A stretch of DNA of 64,000 nucleotides from NCBI GenBank assembly GCA_951406725.2, contig OX597829.1, positions 15,438,001-15,502,000 of the forward strand. The letters are read 5' to 3'. Made by a program: the position numbers and the translations under genes. The DNA is from Octopus vulgaris (Eukaryota). The notes beneath the pieces are model-generated. The model made no database searches and was not told the DNA's origin. It worked only from the letters and a program-made list of their open reading frames with translations. Below, piece by piece: positions 13,361-26,432 of this stretch; positions within the stretch are counted from its first letter, which is position 1, and every line of letters begins with the position of its first letter.

Positions 13361-13937
13361 AATTTCCATCATTGATATTTCTATTCTGTTATCGTTGTTA
13401 TTTTTATTACTGTTATTGTTGCTTAGCTCCAAATAGACTGTGCAATCATTAAAATAATTCCGACTACGCCGATTGCGTTTTAAAGTTCGGGTGTAATTTA
13501 TCTACATGTAATGTATCAGATGGTACGAACCATCTAGCGTGAACTTACATTTTGTTAATACTGACGTAGGATTGGTGCATTTGTAACAGACAAAAGAACT
13601 CCGAGGTGGTTTAAAATTCTAGACGAAGTAAAAATAGATTTTTGGACAAGTTCGTTTCACCAAGGTAATGAGTGGGAGATACAGTTAGCTCATAAATAAA
13701 CTGTATTGAGCTTGCGTTATTTATTCCACCATTTTATCTTCTCAGTTCAAACCCCAACGAGTCGATTTTGTCTTTCGTCCTTCCAAATACAATAAATTAA
13801 GTAGCCGTCGAGTTTAATGGAATTGTTACAGCATTGGACGAGACGCATTGGTTTCTTTCGATTTTTTACAATATAAGTTCAAATCCTTCTGTGACCTTAT
13901 CCTGTGATACACTTAATCATTCGTGCGATTTAATACC

Positions 13938-14140
13938 TATTTCTTTACTACCCACAAGAGGCTAAACACAGAGGAGACAAACAAGGACAGACAAACGGAT
14001 TAAGTCGATTATATCGACCCCGAAAGGATGAAACACAAAGTCGACCTCGGCGGAATTTGAACTCAGAACGTAACGGCAGACGAAATACTGCTAAGCATTT
14101 CGCCCGGCGTGCTAACGTTTCCGCCAGCTCGCCGTCTTCT
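13938..14140 (-). mobile_element. SINE family B with 15-bp TSD
   Basis: Reverse complement of 31947-32176. TSD GTGCGATTTAATACC at 13923-13937 and 14141-14155. Confidence 0.92.
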
Positions 14141-14502
14141 GTGCGATTTAATACCACATGTCACCTTAGACGCCATTAGTTTTGTGTTGATTTCCCTGTT
14201 CAATAATCCCTTGGACTGAGTTTCCAGATCAAGATTAATTGACTAAAGCTATCACAGAAGCTCTGTAGTCAATTATCGCTATTTCTCTTCCTTCCCTGAT
14301 TAGCAAAGCATTTAACCCCTTCAGTGCCTATGGAAGCGATTCATAAGAGTATCACAGATAATGTATCTTGTATTTAGTTATGTTCCTTTAATTTCTGAGT
14401 TCAAATCACCCCGAGGTGATTAGTCAGTAAACAGTCGAATTTTGAAATTTACTTGATTAACCATCGAAACTGATATGATTAATCACTATTTAAGCACTTT
14501 AA

Positions 14503-14950
14503 AAGGTGATGCACTGGTAGAGTCGTTAGAATGCCGGACAAAATGCTTAACGCCATTTCGTCTGTCTTTACATTCTGAGTTCAAATACCACCGAGGTCGA
14601 CTTTACCTTTCATTCTTTCGGAGTTCATAAAATAAATACCAGTTGAGTACTAGGGTCGATGCAATCGACAGAACCCCTCCCCTGAAACTGCCGACTTTGC
14701 GTTAAAACTTGAAATTAATATTTAAGCACTTTAAAAGGCGGCGAACTGACAAAGTCGTTAGTATGCACGGGGGAAATGCTTAGCGGCATTTCGTCCGTCT
14801 TTACATTCTGAGTTCAAATACCGACGAGATTGACTTTGCGTTTCATCTTTTCAGAGTTGATAAATAAGTACTAGTTATTCACAGGTGTGGATGTAATCGA
14901 TTTACACCGCCCCCGAACCTGCTGGCCTTGTGCTAAAATTAGAAACCAGT
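14503..14950 (+). mobile_element. Two head-to-tail SINE B copies
   Basis: Both carry TTCTGAGTTCAAAT and the TTTCATC/TCTTTC...AATAAGTAC core. Each is preceded by TATTTAAGCACTTTAAAAGG. Confidence 0.85.
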
Positions 14951-15473
14951 ATTCAAATAATTTGTTTCGTTCTTTGCTTATTTGATCTTCACAATCATAG
15001 AAGTGGATAGATACAGTAAATAACATACCGAGTTCCATGCAATGGATTACATGTTATTGTAGTCTAGACCCGAGTCGGTTCTGGATAAAAGAAAACATCA
15101 AAGATATTACAGCCATGGTCATCCAGTCTTATTTATATGTTTAGGAAACCCAGGAACTTATAAAAAAATAGTCCTTTATTAGACGATCGGGTAATCGTCT
15201 TTTAGATAGGGTTATCCTATAATAGCTCTCTCCTTGGACCTTAAACCAAATACAAATACTTCTGTGTATTTCTGGGAAAGATGCAAGTGTACCTGCATCT
15301 GTTCATCTAGATGTCATGTATGTATTGATATCTGATATAGGTACAATGTCGGATACGGAATGGTCAAGACTGGAAAACACCTGGTGTCTAAATAATAACA
15401 AACACAAAACATTTAACATTGTAGAATTGATTACAGACATTATTCTTCAATTTTATTAAAATAAATGTACTAT

Positions 15474-15815
15474 AGGTGTAGGAGTGGCTGTGTGGTAAGT
15501 AGCTTGCTTATGAACTACATGGTTCCGGGTCCAGTCCTTCTATAGCTTCGAGCCGACCAAAGCCTTGTGAGTGGATTTGGTAGATGGAAACTAAAAGAAT
15601 CCCGTCGTATATATGTATGTGTGTGTCTGCATTTGTCCCCCCAACATCGCTTGACAACCGATGCTGGTGTGTTTACGTCCCCGAAACGTAGCGGATAGGC
15701 AAAAGAGACCGATAGAATAAGTAGTAGGCTTGCAAAGAATAAGTCCTGGGGTCGATTTGCTCGACTAAAGGCTGTGCCACAGTCAAATGACTGAAATAAG
15801 TAAAAGAGTAAAGAG
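15474..15815 (+). mobile_element. SINE A with internal deletions
   Basis: GGAGTGGCTGTGTGGTAAGTAGCTTG...AGTCAAATGACTGAAATAAGTAAAAGAG. Confidence 0.9.
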
Positions 15816-16616
15816 TATGTACCACCAGTTTCAGTTTATCATTTTATTAAGCACGCAATTCTCAATATTTATATTCTTTCTTTATTACAATTGTTTACAG
15901 TTTAGATCGAAAGTGATAACTAAAAATAGCGACCAAATCCCATTTTACCACATACCTCAGTCTTACTAAATGAGAGGACAATCTACTTAATAAAGCTTTA
16001 GATATACCGTGCCAAGTGAACAAGACTAAATGGCTATTTTTGTATTACAGAGCTGCTTCATTAAGGATGACCTGGAGTTAAAGTACATCATCAACAATTT
16101 TATTTTCTTATCAATCTATTGTTTTCATTTTTCATTTCTCAGATACTTTTTGATGCCATGAACCAGTAATTCGTGAAGTTTGTTATGTTAACTAATCAAA
16201 TTCACTAATTTCGTTTGGATTATAGAGAAATTTATATTTATAATGAAATGATAACAGCATAACTTTGCTTCAGGGCACATAGAAAGGTATACTGAAGTTA
16301 CCTATTGGCTGTTGGTCATTCAATTCTGAAAATGTTTATCTATGCCTATGAGTTTTCTAATTAGCTCACAGGTGTACGCAGACATGTGTGTACGTGTGAT
16401 TGTTTGTATATGTGTGAGTGCATCAATTTGTAAGTATTCGTAAGTATGTTAATTAGCGCACACCTGCAAAAACGGGCGATAGGTGCTTATGTGAACGAAA
16501 AGGGGTGTTATGGAAGCGTATGTCTTGGCATAATAAGTGAGCACAGTTGTGTAAATACCTCTCCCTCTCTTTTTCTCTCTCCATTTCTCTCTCTGCCTCT
16601 TTCTTTCTTTCTCTCT

Positions 16617-17090
16617 GTATGTATGTATGTATGTATGTATGTTTGTATGTATGTATGTATGTATGTATGTATGTATGTATGTATGTATGTAGGTATGTAT
16701 GTATGTATGTATGTATGTATGTATGTATGTATGTTTGTATGTATGTTTGTATGTATGTATGTGTGTATGTATGTATGCATGTGCGTGTGTATGTATGTAT
16801 GTATGTATGTGTGTATGTATGTATGTATGTGTATGTATGTATGTATGTATGTATGTATGTAGGTATGTATGTATGTATGTATGTATGTATGTATGTTTGT
16901 ATGTATGTATGTATGTATGTATGTATGTATGTATGTATGTATGTTTGTATGTATGTATGTGTGTATGTATGTATGCATGTGCGTGTGTATGTATGTATGT
17001 ATGTATGTGTGTATGTATGTATGTATGTGTATGTATGTATGTATGTATGTATGTATGTATGTATGTATGTATGTATGTATGTATGTATGT
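16617..17090. repeat. Long (TATG)n array with a duplicated variant block
   Basis: Seen directly; the GCATGTGCGTGTGT variant occurs twice about 198 bp apart. Confidence 0.95.
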
Positions 17091-17912
17091 AGAAGCCTAC
17101 ATTCTCTTGCGTCATTATTAATTTCAACCAGTAGACAGTAGACAGTAATATGCTGGACACCGACTATGTCTGAAAGCAAACGAGTAAATATATCTCTGAG
17201 TTTGATGAGATGTGTGTGCGAGTGAGAGTTTTATTAGAATATATCTATGCTACAGTTGATTGTTACTTATACGATGAAGATATATTGTGGTTGTTAGTGT
17301 TGTTGTTGTTGCCGTTGGTGGCGACCAATCACGTGGTCATGCTGCTGCTGCATAGAACCTGGCTGACACTTACCAAAACCTTATATCAAACAAAGGTACT
17401 GAAGCAGTTATTAATACAGACAATTATTGATGAGTAATGCCACATCATATATAAAGTTAATTTTCCTTTACTTAATGGTAAAGCATGATAAGAGGAGTAT
17501 TTCGCTACTATTTCTATGGGTTAGGCGAACATGTAAAGGTACTTTAGTTGACTGAGTTATGATATGAAGTGATGTAACATCAAATAGTTTATTGTTGATC
17601 TAGATGACTCAGCTGATTTAGTATAAGAACCAATGGAGAAATAATTCCTTTATACTAGGTTCAGGCTTCCAATTCCACCAGTATATATATACATATTGGA
17701 AATTCTTCAATTATTGCACGAATCTATGGCTTAACGTACTTGATGTATGGAAATTATATAATATATTATTAGACTGTTTTATGAATAACCACAGGTATTA
17801 AAATTATTTAATATTCAGCTGCATAAACACCTGAATGTTATATAAAATTACTTAAAGCGATATGAGGAAATTAATTAATCTTACTGTTTATGTAAGCATG
17901 TATGATTGTGCT

Positions 17913-18058
17913 GAGTGTGTGTGTGTGTGTGCGCGTGTGTGTATGCATGTGTGTGCATGAGTGTGTGTGTGTGTGTGCGTGCATGTGTGTGTGTGTGTGT
18001 GTGTGTGTGCGTGCGTGCATGTGTGTGTGTGTGTGTCGGTGTGTGCTTGTGCGTGTGC
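17913..18058. repeat. (TG)n/(TGCG) microsatellite
   Basis: Seen directly in the sequence. Confidence 0.9.
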
Positions 18059-18968
18059 AATATTTTCCTGCATAAACGCAAGTTCGAAGCCTTACAACCA
18101 ATACTCGTCAAATATTGTGTTTACTCTCTAAATGAAAACAAAAGTAAAAACAAAAACTATACCAAACTTGTTCGGTATTAAGACACATACTCATTCGGGA
18201 ATATTCCTAATCAAGTAAATAAAACATTTAATTTAGAATTCAATAAGATATACTGTGTGATAAAAGTGAGTATTTCAGGAAAGTTTAAATATAGATTACA
18301 GAAAAACCAACTTCGTTGTTTCAAAATGTAAATAGAATCCAAGTGATTATTTAATCGCGCTCCTGCATGAGTGTGTGTGTGTGCGCGCGCGCACGCATGT
18401 GTGTGTGTGTGCGCGCGCACGCATGTGTGTGTGTGTGTGTGCGTGATCTGTGTTAATGAACAACGGTGTAGCGTCAAAATTTTTGTGTACGTTCTGCATA
18501 TTTGACCAAGATCTAGGTTTGCTGTTTGTTTTGAATTTTGTATCGACGAGTTGAGCAGCTGCAGGGCAATAATGGAAAATCTATTCCATTCCAAATAATA
18601 ACATTTATTTGTGTGGGAGGAAGCTTTTTGTGGATAATTTATCATTCCTTATGTTATCTACACTTTTGTAAAAAAGATAACTGTTCGAACAGTTGAACAT
18701 TTTCGAATCCCATCCGAGTCGAAAACACCCTTTACGTACTATTTGGTGTTCACTTAAAAATTGTTATAGAAAATAACGGCTTAGGGTGACTAGTAATGAT
18801 GAGAGGGTTTCTCTTATAAGTATTAGGCATAGTGTATCATTTTCTTGAAGCAAATATTTTCACTCCTACCTAACTTCATGATCACAAATGCCTCTTTTTG
18901 CTTTCCCGCTTTGACCTGTCGCTATTTGAAAACGGCAATGATGTGTTTGTGTATGTGTGTGTGTGTGT

Positions 18969-19260
18969 AAAGGCACATGGCCTAGTAGTTAGAGCAGCGG
19001 ACTCGCGGTCGAGGGATCGCGGGTTCGAATCTCAGATCCGACGATCTGTGTGCTTATGAGCGAAACACCTAAGCTTCACATGGCTCCTGCAGAAGGTAAT
19101 GGCGAAACTTCTGCTGACTCTCTCGCCACAACTTTCTCTCACTCTTGCAGCTCACCTGCGATGGACCGGCGTCCCGTCCAGGTGGGGAACCTATACGCCA
19201 AGAAACCGGGAAAGCGGCCCTTATGAGCCAGGTATGGCTCGAGAATGAACAAACAACAAA
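18969..19260 (+). mobile_element. SINE family C (tRNA-Arg-like head), tail type 1
   Basis: Head TGGCCTAGTAGTTAGAGCAGCGGACTCGCGGTC...GGTTCGAATC. Tail CCTGCGATGGACCGGCGTCCCGTCCAGG...GGCTCGAGAA. Matches 55261-55565. Confidence 0.9.
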
Positions 19261-19311
<51 letters not shown>

Positions 19312-19578
19312 TGGGTATGTGTGTGTATCTGCGTGTATGTCCATATGTATGTGTCTCTGTGTCTGTATCTGTGTGTATGTGCGTGCCACAGAACATGCCA
19401 AATCTAGACACCGACATCTAAGCGTTATCTAAGCCTAATAAGATTACGTATGAAGAAAAAATAACCCAAATCGCTGTAATCTCCACTGACCAAGAACCTA
19501 CAAAGCCTTCCTGCTTTATAAGAACGAAGAGCATTATCATCACTCGTTCATTGAAGTGGTGGAAAATAATACCCTGGT

Positions 19579-19805
19579 GGAGGCGCAATGGCCCAGTGGT
19601 TAGGGCAGCGGACTTGCGGTCGATCGATCGCGGTTTCGATTCCCCGACCGGGCGCTGTGTGTGTTTATTGAGCGAAAACAAAAACGAAAGCTCCACGAGG
19701 CCCCAGCAGGGGCTGGTGGCGCCCCCTGTTGTACAAAAAAAGAATGGCGGTGGCCCAGCATGGCCACAGCTCGGGAGCTGAAACTGGATGAAATGAAATG
19801 AAATG
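19579..19805 (+). mobile_element. SINE C head with CR1-like tail (type 4)
   Basis: GGAGGCGCAATGGCCCAGTGGTTAGGGCAGCGG head, followed by ATGGCGGTGGCCCAGCATGGCCACAGCTCGGGAGCTGAAAC(TGAAA)n. Confidence 0.75.
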
Positions 19806-19899
19806 GTTTCCTAAACTAATGTTTGCGGCTTGATCTTGAGCAGCCACCAACAAACTCCCAGTTTCTTTAAATTTCCACTCTGCAGGACCATTGTTGAGA

Positions 19900-22470
19900 T
19901 ATATTTCATATTCTTGATGACGTTGAGTAATTGTCCATGCAACTACATGGATAATTCTTCTAGCGTTTCATACCTTTTAAAAATTATCTCGCTTTGGTAT
20001 CATATTTTCTCTTCATGTTTCACGCAAGTAAATCCTTGTTCCAATGCAGCAAATTTATATAGTTATTTTTTACTCTTGGCAACGTAGTGCTTTACTGAAG
20101 TTGTTTGTTCTTCAGTTACACAATCAAAAATATTCTAATAAATCCTTTTTCCTCCAATCTTCCGCTTCATGAATATACGACTGGCATTTGCCTTTCCGTG
20201 AATTGATCCATGCATAGTTAGGTTTCATTTGCTTTCTTTTTGTTTGTATGTGTTTTTTGCTTTCCGTTTTTATCTCTAATGCCTGTTTCATTTTTCGTCT
20301 AATTCACTCTTGCAGTAATATTATTATTATTATTATTATTATTATCACGATTCTCTCTCCTTTTGATATTCTGGGTTATCTATATCATCTTTCAACTGCT
20401 TCCCACTCCTTAGAGACACGTTACTTCCATCAACACATGCGATATTACAAGTATGGTCGTCATCTGTGTACTTCCAATGGTATCTGGTAGTTCCAACTTT
20501 ACACGCTAGATTTGTTGTTGTTGTTGCTATTGTTACAATCGTTACCACGCCTGTCCAAATGCTTAGCGGCAATTTGTTCACGTGTACGTTCTCAGTTCAA
20601 ATTCCGCAGAGGTCGACTCTGCAATTCATTCCCTCGCGATCGATAAAATAATTACAAGTTGAACACCGGGGTCGATGTAATCGACTAGCCCCCTCCTAAT
20701 TTTTAATTTTCCTGTTCCAGCATTGATTATCTCCTATTTTCGGCCGGTATAGTACTCTACACTTATTTTTCTCCTTTACTTCGGTATTAAATGAGAATGC
20801 CATTATGATCACAGTATTTAATGTTTTCTCCTTGTCGACAATTACAATATCCCGTCTCTTGTGTTTTCGTTTTCACTTTTTTCTTCTGCAACAACTTCAC
20901 CTCATTGTTTTTTATGATTTGTGCTTCCATTATTGCAAAATAATTATAGCTATTTATCTGTGCTTGCAAAATCAAATTTCCCGCAAAAATTTCATTGTAT
21001 CGTATCATAATTATACATTTTTTATTCGGTCTGGGCTAACTACGTGTAAATTATTCTTCGATGTGAACTCTGTTTTCATTGGAATCATCTTACATTCTGC
21101 ATTTAGGTGAACAATCTTGTTTATGTATCAACCTATTTACTCCTTAGGATCCGTTCTTGACCTTCCAAAATCATTTCCACAATTCCCCTACTTTTAGTCA
21201 CATCCACCAGTCCTTTATTTATTCATTTATTCATTTATTGTAACAAATATTGAAATGTGATACTTTCCTTCAAAATTTGATCTTCTTCTTTTCCACATTA
21301 TCTTGATTTGTATTTTGAGGTTCTGCACATTCTGAAAACAGCCATTCACTTATAAACTCCTTAATGAGTATTTCTTATTTTTCTTCTGGGCAACTGCGTA
21401 GTTATCTTCTCTAGTTTTACGCTTTTGTTTTTAGCACTCACTAACACTCTCTCCTTTTCAACTCTTTTCTGTTATAACTGGCTTGGATTTGATCGGGTAT
21501 GCATGCTTCAATGCAACGTGAACTACTTCAATTTTTCTTTCAGTATTTGGGACCAGGTCGTATAATTTTCTACAATCTACTCATGCGTTGCATAAATTTG
21601 TCAGTCTCTTCCTGCAATTTTATTTTCTCAATCATTAATTGTTTTTATTCCCTCTGTTCTTCCGTCTACAACCTTCCTATTCGCCATATATGTTGATATC
21701 CTTTCTCTAAAATTATTCCTCTTAGGAGTTTCTATGTATTTGATAGTCAAGAAAACCCGTCCGTAATCTGAAACAATCTTTCTTTTCAATTTGTCTTCCT
21801 TTATCTTCTTGTGAGTACCTCCGTCTTTGCTATGTACTCATTGAGTTATATTACTATCATTTCATGGAGAGTGGTAAACCCTTTCAGCCAGCACCCATGG
21901 GTCAGGTTTCATTCTGTCGCTTTTCATTTAACTAACTTTTTTCATACTGCTCTCAAATATTTTTTTATCTTCTTTGTAACATCATTCTGTGCCTCAATAT
22001 TTTCACTATAATTTTGTGCTTGCTTTTTCCATCCGCGTTGTTATTGCTTTCAGAATTTTCCCCAAATTTCTCCTCAAAATTTCTTGCCATTTTCAGCATT
22101 CGATCTTATACTAACATTTCTCTCTTTTAAATCAAGTATTTCAAATAAATCTTTTTGGTTTTATTAAATTCATTTATTATATTTCTTCGTATTTGTTTTT
22201 TCTGTTTTGTCTTTATTCTCTGCTTTAGTTCTTCGATCTTTCTATCATTTCCCCTTTTTCCTAAATTTATACATTTCCGCTAATCTATCTTTCTCTTCTT
22301 GCTTTAATTTACTCTACTTCCAATGGTGCCGTTAACATGTCATTTCTCAGGCCATTAATCTTCATTAGTAATCACTTTTTTCCACCAGTGTACTAACTGG
22401 TCATTCTTTAGGACTTACCTCCCACACCCATAACACCTCTACGACCACATTGTACTTACTAATCTCAGTT
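19900..22470 (-). mobile_element. Stack of R4/Dong-like LINE fragments (about 19900-20240, 20345-20500, 20700-22470), with a SINE B at 20535-20700
   Basis: Minus strand reads LTMHGSIHGKANASRIFMKRKIGG; STQMTTILVISHVL followed by (TAA)n; HKRRDIVIVDKEK (RPD-like); and THGCWLKGFTTLHE. Confidence 0.75.
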
Positions 22471-22634
22471 TTCTAGAATTTTTAATGTTTTCACAGAAAA
22501 ATCTTAACATATTAACTTTATCTAACATCCTTTTCGGGTTCATAAAATAAGAGCAAGTCATGTACTGTGGGGTCGATATAATTGACCAAACTGATTCCAC
22601 CTACTGGCTGGCCTTGTGCCAAAATTTGAAGCAA

Positions 22635-22820
22635 TCATTAGCATCACCACCACCACCACCATCGTCGTCGTCATCGTCCTCCTCCTCATCATCATCATTG
22701 TTATCATCGTCGTCATCATCATCATTATCGTCATCACCACCACCACAATCATCACCATTATCATCATCATCGTCGTCCTCGTCATCAACGTCATCATAAT
22801 TGACATCATTCTCATTATTC
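22635..22820. repeat. Degenerate (ATC)/(ACC)/(GTC) trinucleotide array, preceded by a SINE B 3' half (22528-22630)
   Basis: Seen directly in the sequence. Confidence 0.9.
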
Positions 22821-23052
22821 TTCTGCATACTCAAATCTGGTGTGATACATTTCTGAGTTGATATTTCTCGATATGTTACAAGTGTAACTAAATGGCCACT
22901 CTTGGTATTCGCCTCTAAATTTCGTCCTCGAAAAGTCGGATGCAAGCTATACTTACTTCTAAAGCATAACGCCACATTTCGATTTAGCTGTGACCAAAGT
23001 TTAGTTTACTAAACTTTGTTCTTTTTAATTTGAAAAGTTAAAAACTACAATA

Positions 23053-23094
<42 letters not shown>

Positions 23095-23098
23095 TATG

Positions 23099-23165
<67 letters not shown>

Positions 23166-23167
<2 letters not shown>

Positions 23168-23468
23168 AGGCGCAATGGCCCAGTGGTTAGGGCAGCGGAT
23201 TCGCGGTTGTAGGATCATGGTTTCGATTCCCAGATCGGACGTTGTGAGTGTTTATGAGCAAAAAAAACCTAAAGCTCCACGATGCTCCAGCAGTGGGTGG
23301 TGGCGATCCCTGCTGTACTCTTTCGCCGCAACTTTCTCTCACTCTTTCTTCTGTTGGCCTGCTCGCTTAGCCAGCGGGGTGGCGTCATTTGAAGGCTAAA
23401 ACAATGCGAAGCGCACTGTGACCAGCGATGTGTAACAACATCTGGTAGTCTGGTCGGTCACGGTGATA
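23166..23468 (+). mobile_element. SINE C, tail type 2
   Basis: Head as at 19579. Tail GGCCTGCTCGCTTAGCCAGCGGGG...GGTCGGTCACGGTGAT. Inverted copy at 46809-47111. Confidence 0.9.
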
Positions 23469-23814
23469 TATATATATATGTATATATATATATACGTGTG
23501 TATGCCTGTATGTGTGTAGGTATGTGTATATGTATGTATCCATGTATGTATGTATGTATATGTGTAAGTATGTATGCATGAATGTATGTCTTTGGTAATG
23601 TTTGTGCATGCGTAATTATAAGTACTAACGGGGAGTGTGTGTGGTGGTGGGTAATTTTTAACTGTGGATATTTGTGCATTCCAGTATATCTTTGTATATA
23701 TTTTTCCTGTTCCGTCAGACACCTTTTTTTAACTCGCCCTTTTTCTTTCAATGTTAAGAAAATGGTTTATCGAGTAGTTCTCTCTGTTTGATCGTTATGT
23801 ATCTGTACAACTGT

Positions 23815-24223
<409 letters not shown>

Positions 24224-24226
24224 AAT

Positions 24227-24286
24227 CATAGTTGATGATGTAACTGAAAGTGAATGAAGAAACAGCTGTAACCGTACGGAATTAAA
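24227..24286 (+). ncRNA. Decayed minimal type-I hammerhead ribozyme (Penelope pLTR-like) followed by ATTAAA
   Basis: CATAGT-TGATGA...GAAAC-AGCT-GTA-ACCGTA. Helix III is palindromic (ACAGCTGT) with a GTA cleavage triplet. The core C is missing and stems I and II are degenerate. Confidence 0.45.
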
Positions 24287-24419
24287 TTTTATTTTCTTCT
24301 CACGACTCCTGGATTTTAATTGATTGTTAATATATGCTCTGAAAATAACCTTTTCCTATTTTATTCGTGCATATACGTATATTTGTGCGCATGCGTGTGT
24401 GCGTGGTGTGTCTCCGTGC

Positions 24420-24463
<44 letters not shown>

Positions 24464-24720
24464 TTATCTTTCATCACTACTGTCATCAAATCCAGCACAA
24501 CTGGCATCAATACCAAAGCGAATACAGCCACCAGTAATAGCAACTTATCAACTACTTAATACCTCAGCAACACTACTACAAACAAGATAAGTTACTCTGT
24601 CTAAAAGTAAAGAAAATCACATAAGTTATTGTGGTACCCTGGTGTATTTGAAAAGTTGAATGAAATACCGTGGATTTTATGTGAAATGGTGTAGGCTTGA
24701 GACTGAACAGCACCAACAGC

Positions 24721-25105
24721 GGAAGCGCAATGGCCCAGTCGTTAGGGCAGCGGACTCGCGGTCAGAGGATCGCGGTTTCAATTCCCACACCGGGCGTTGT
24801 GTGTGTTTATTGAGCGAAAACCCCTAAAGCTCTACGAGGCTCCGGCAGGGGTGAGCGACCCCTATTGCACTCTTTCGCTCCAACTTTCTTTCACTGCTTC
24901 CTGTCTCCGACTTCCTACGCAACCGCTGAGCCTGGATGCGCATTCATCTATCCGTCGATGCTCTCGGTGTCGGGGGTTGACCTGCTTTCTCTTCTGCGGG
25001 TCTTACGAATAGCAAAGGACCACATTTAGAACTTCTCCCACTACACTAAGGCGCGGTCTTGCGAGCTCTGGGACGAAGACTGCTTCGCTCAACAAACAAA
25101 CAAAC
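24721..25105 (+). mobile_element. SINE C, tail type 3
   Basis: Head as above. Tail CGCAACCGCTGAGCCTGGATGCGC...GGGACGAAGACTGCTTCGCTCAAC. Second copy at 36697. Confidence 0.9.
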
Positions 25106-26145
25106 AGCAACAACAATACAATTTACAAGAACAAACAGATCAACCACACCACCGACGATACTCGTTACTACTTACTTGTTTTTGTGGCAGCGCTAAGTCG
25201 AGGGTGGAGTATGGTTGAGCCTGTTTCGACAAACCATGTTCCTAACGCATTTTCACTACATCCGATGGTCGTCCCATACGCTCAAGCAGGTAAAGTAATG
25301 CATCTGCTTCCGGCCCAAAAAATCCAGCTTGCAAATTTAACAAATGTCCCACTGGGGAAGCATAGGCGTCAACAGCTTAACAATATTCCTTAGAATCATC
25401 ATCGCCATCATCCCTAACACCAAAGCCAACTCAGTAAATACTACCGTTACTCTAACCCAATACCTTTTAAATAACCAACTGGCTCCAACATTTAAAAGAA
25501 TCAGCATGATAGCTATATCTGTAGCTACATATGGTGTATGTCAACACAAAGGAGTGCCCTTTAGGGTAGAATGTGGAACTTTTATAGCTCAAGTCAGAAC
25601 TGTAAGGTGCTAAGTGTCCACGAACCTGGTAAGCCTTCAACTAACTCTACTCTCACATTACTTCCTGCCACCTCATTTCTTCACAGTTTCATCTAGCCAT
25701 TTTCATTCTTACATCCATAGGAATACGATAATGTTCTTTTCTAGAACTATTGTTTTGCAACATTTTTGTTGAGGATAACTGCTTATGACCTCCTTTGTTG
25801 GATTTACACACAATTCAAGATGTCTAGAGAGAAGACATCAAGTGGAATAAAATGCATTTGTGTGAAAAAGAAGCATAAAGGGAAGGAGGAAACATCAGCC
25901 ACATTGCTAAAACATTGAAGCTTTTAATGTTTTCGGTGAGAACAACAGATGATAACAAAGAGAGTACTTAAATGAAGTGTTCAAGAAGCTATCCTGTTAA
26001 CTGCTCGGATCTTATTTTTCTTTATAAACCCAATGTGATGCTGAAAATGGATCGACTTTTGGGTGTATAGAGTAAGTTTAATATTCGTCGTAATGTAATG
26101 TAATAAGTACAATGGTACTTAAAATCTCAAAATGTTTGTATCACT

Positions 26146-26432
26146 TATTGTTGTATTTCGGAATGGTCATTTTGCCAGTTTAGCCAATAAAAACACACGC
26201 ACTATATGTTTGGTGTTACTTTGCTTCAGTGTTATTTATTTTTTACATTAAACTTGATCTTATTTCGGCCAGAGTTCTTTCGTCACACTCCTGTGACCGC
26301 ATCAGTGGTCCTTTGCTTTCTTCTTTCTTATTTGTGTGTCTCTCCTTACTAACCGTCAACCATTTTGTATTTCTCTAAGTGTTTCAACACACGATTTCAT
26401 ATAAAAAATCTTGCACAACAAATACATAAACA
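26146..26432 (-). mobile_element. 287-bp non-coding insertion with 11-bp TSD carrying a hammerhead ribozyme fold (retrozyme or PLE-pLTR-like)
   Basis: TSD TTTGTATCACT at 26135-26145 and 26433-26443. It interrupts the Tigger-like sequence and has an internal hammerhead fold with a downstream AATAAA. Confidence 0.8.
26267..26311 (-). ncRNA. Type-I hammerhead ribozyme-like motif (variant core)
   Basis: Minus strand: GGACCA-CUGAUGC-G-GUCACA[GGAG]UGUGAC-GAAA-G[AA]C-UC-UGGCC. Perfect 6-bp stem II, minimal stem III, stem I GG(A)CCA/UGGCC. Confidence 0.65.

Noticed and set aside
19579-19655. Functional tRNA genes at SINE C and SINE A heads
   Set aside because: The anticodon arms vary between copies and continue into SINE bodies, so these are SINE heads.
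25191-25289. Possible 99-nt symmetric exon (TTTTTGTGGCAG ... CAG|GTAAAG; ALSRGWSMVEPV...)
   Set aside because: No recognisable protein similarity and no partner exons; such splice-like matches are expected by chance. It would need RNA-seq support.
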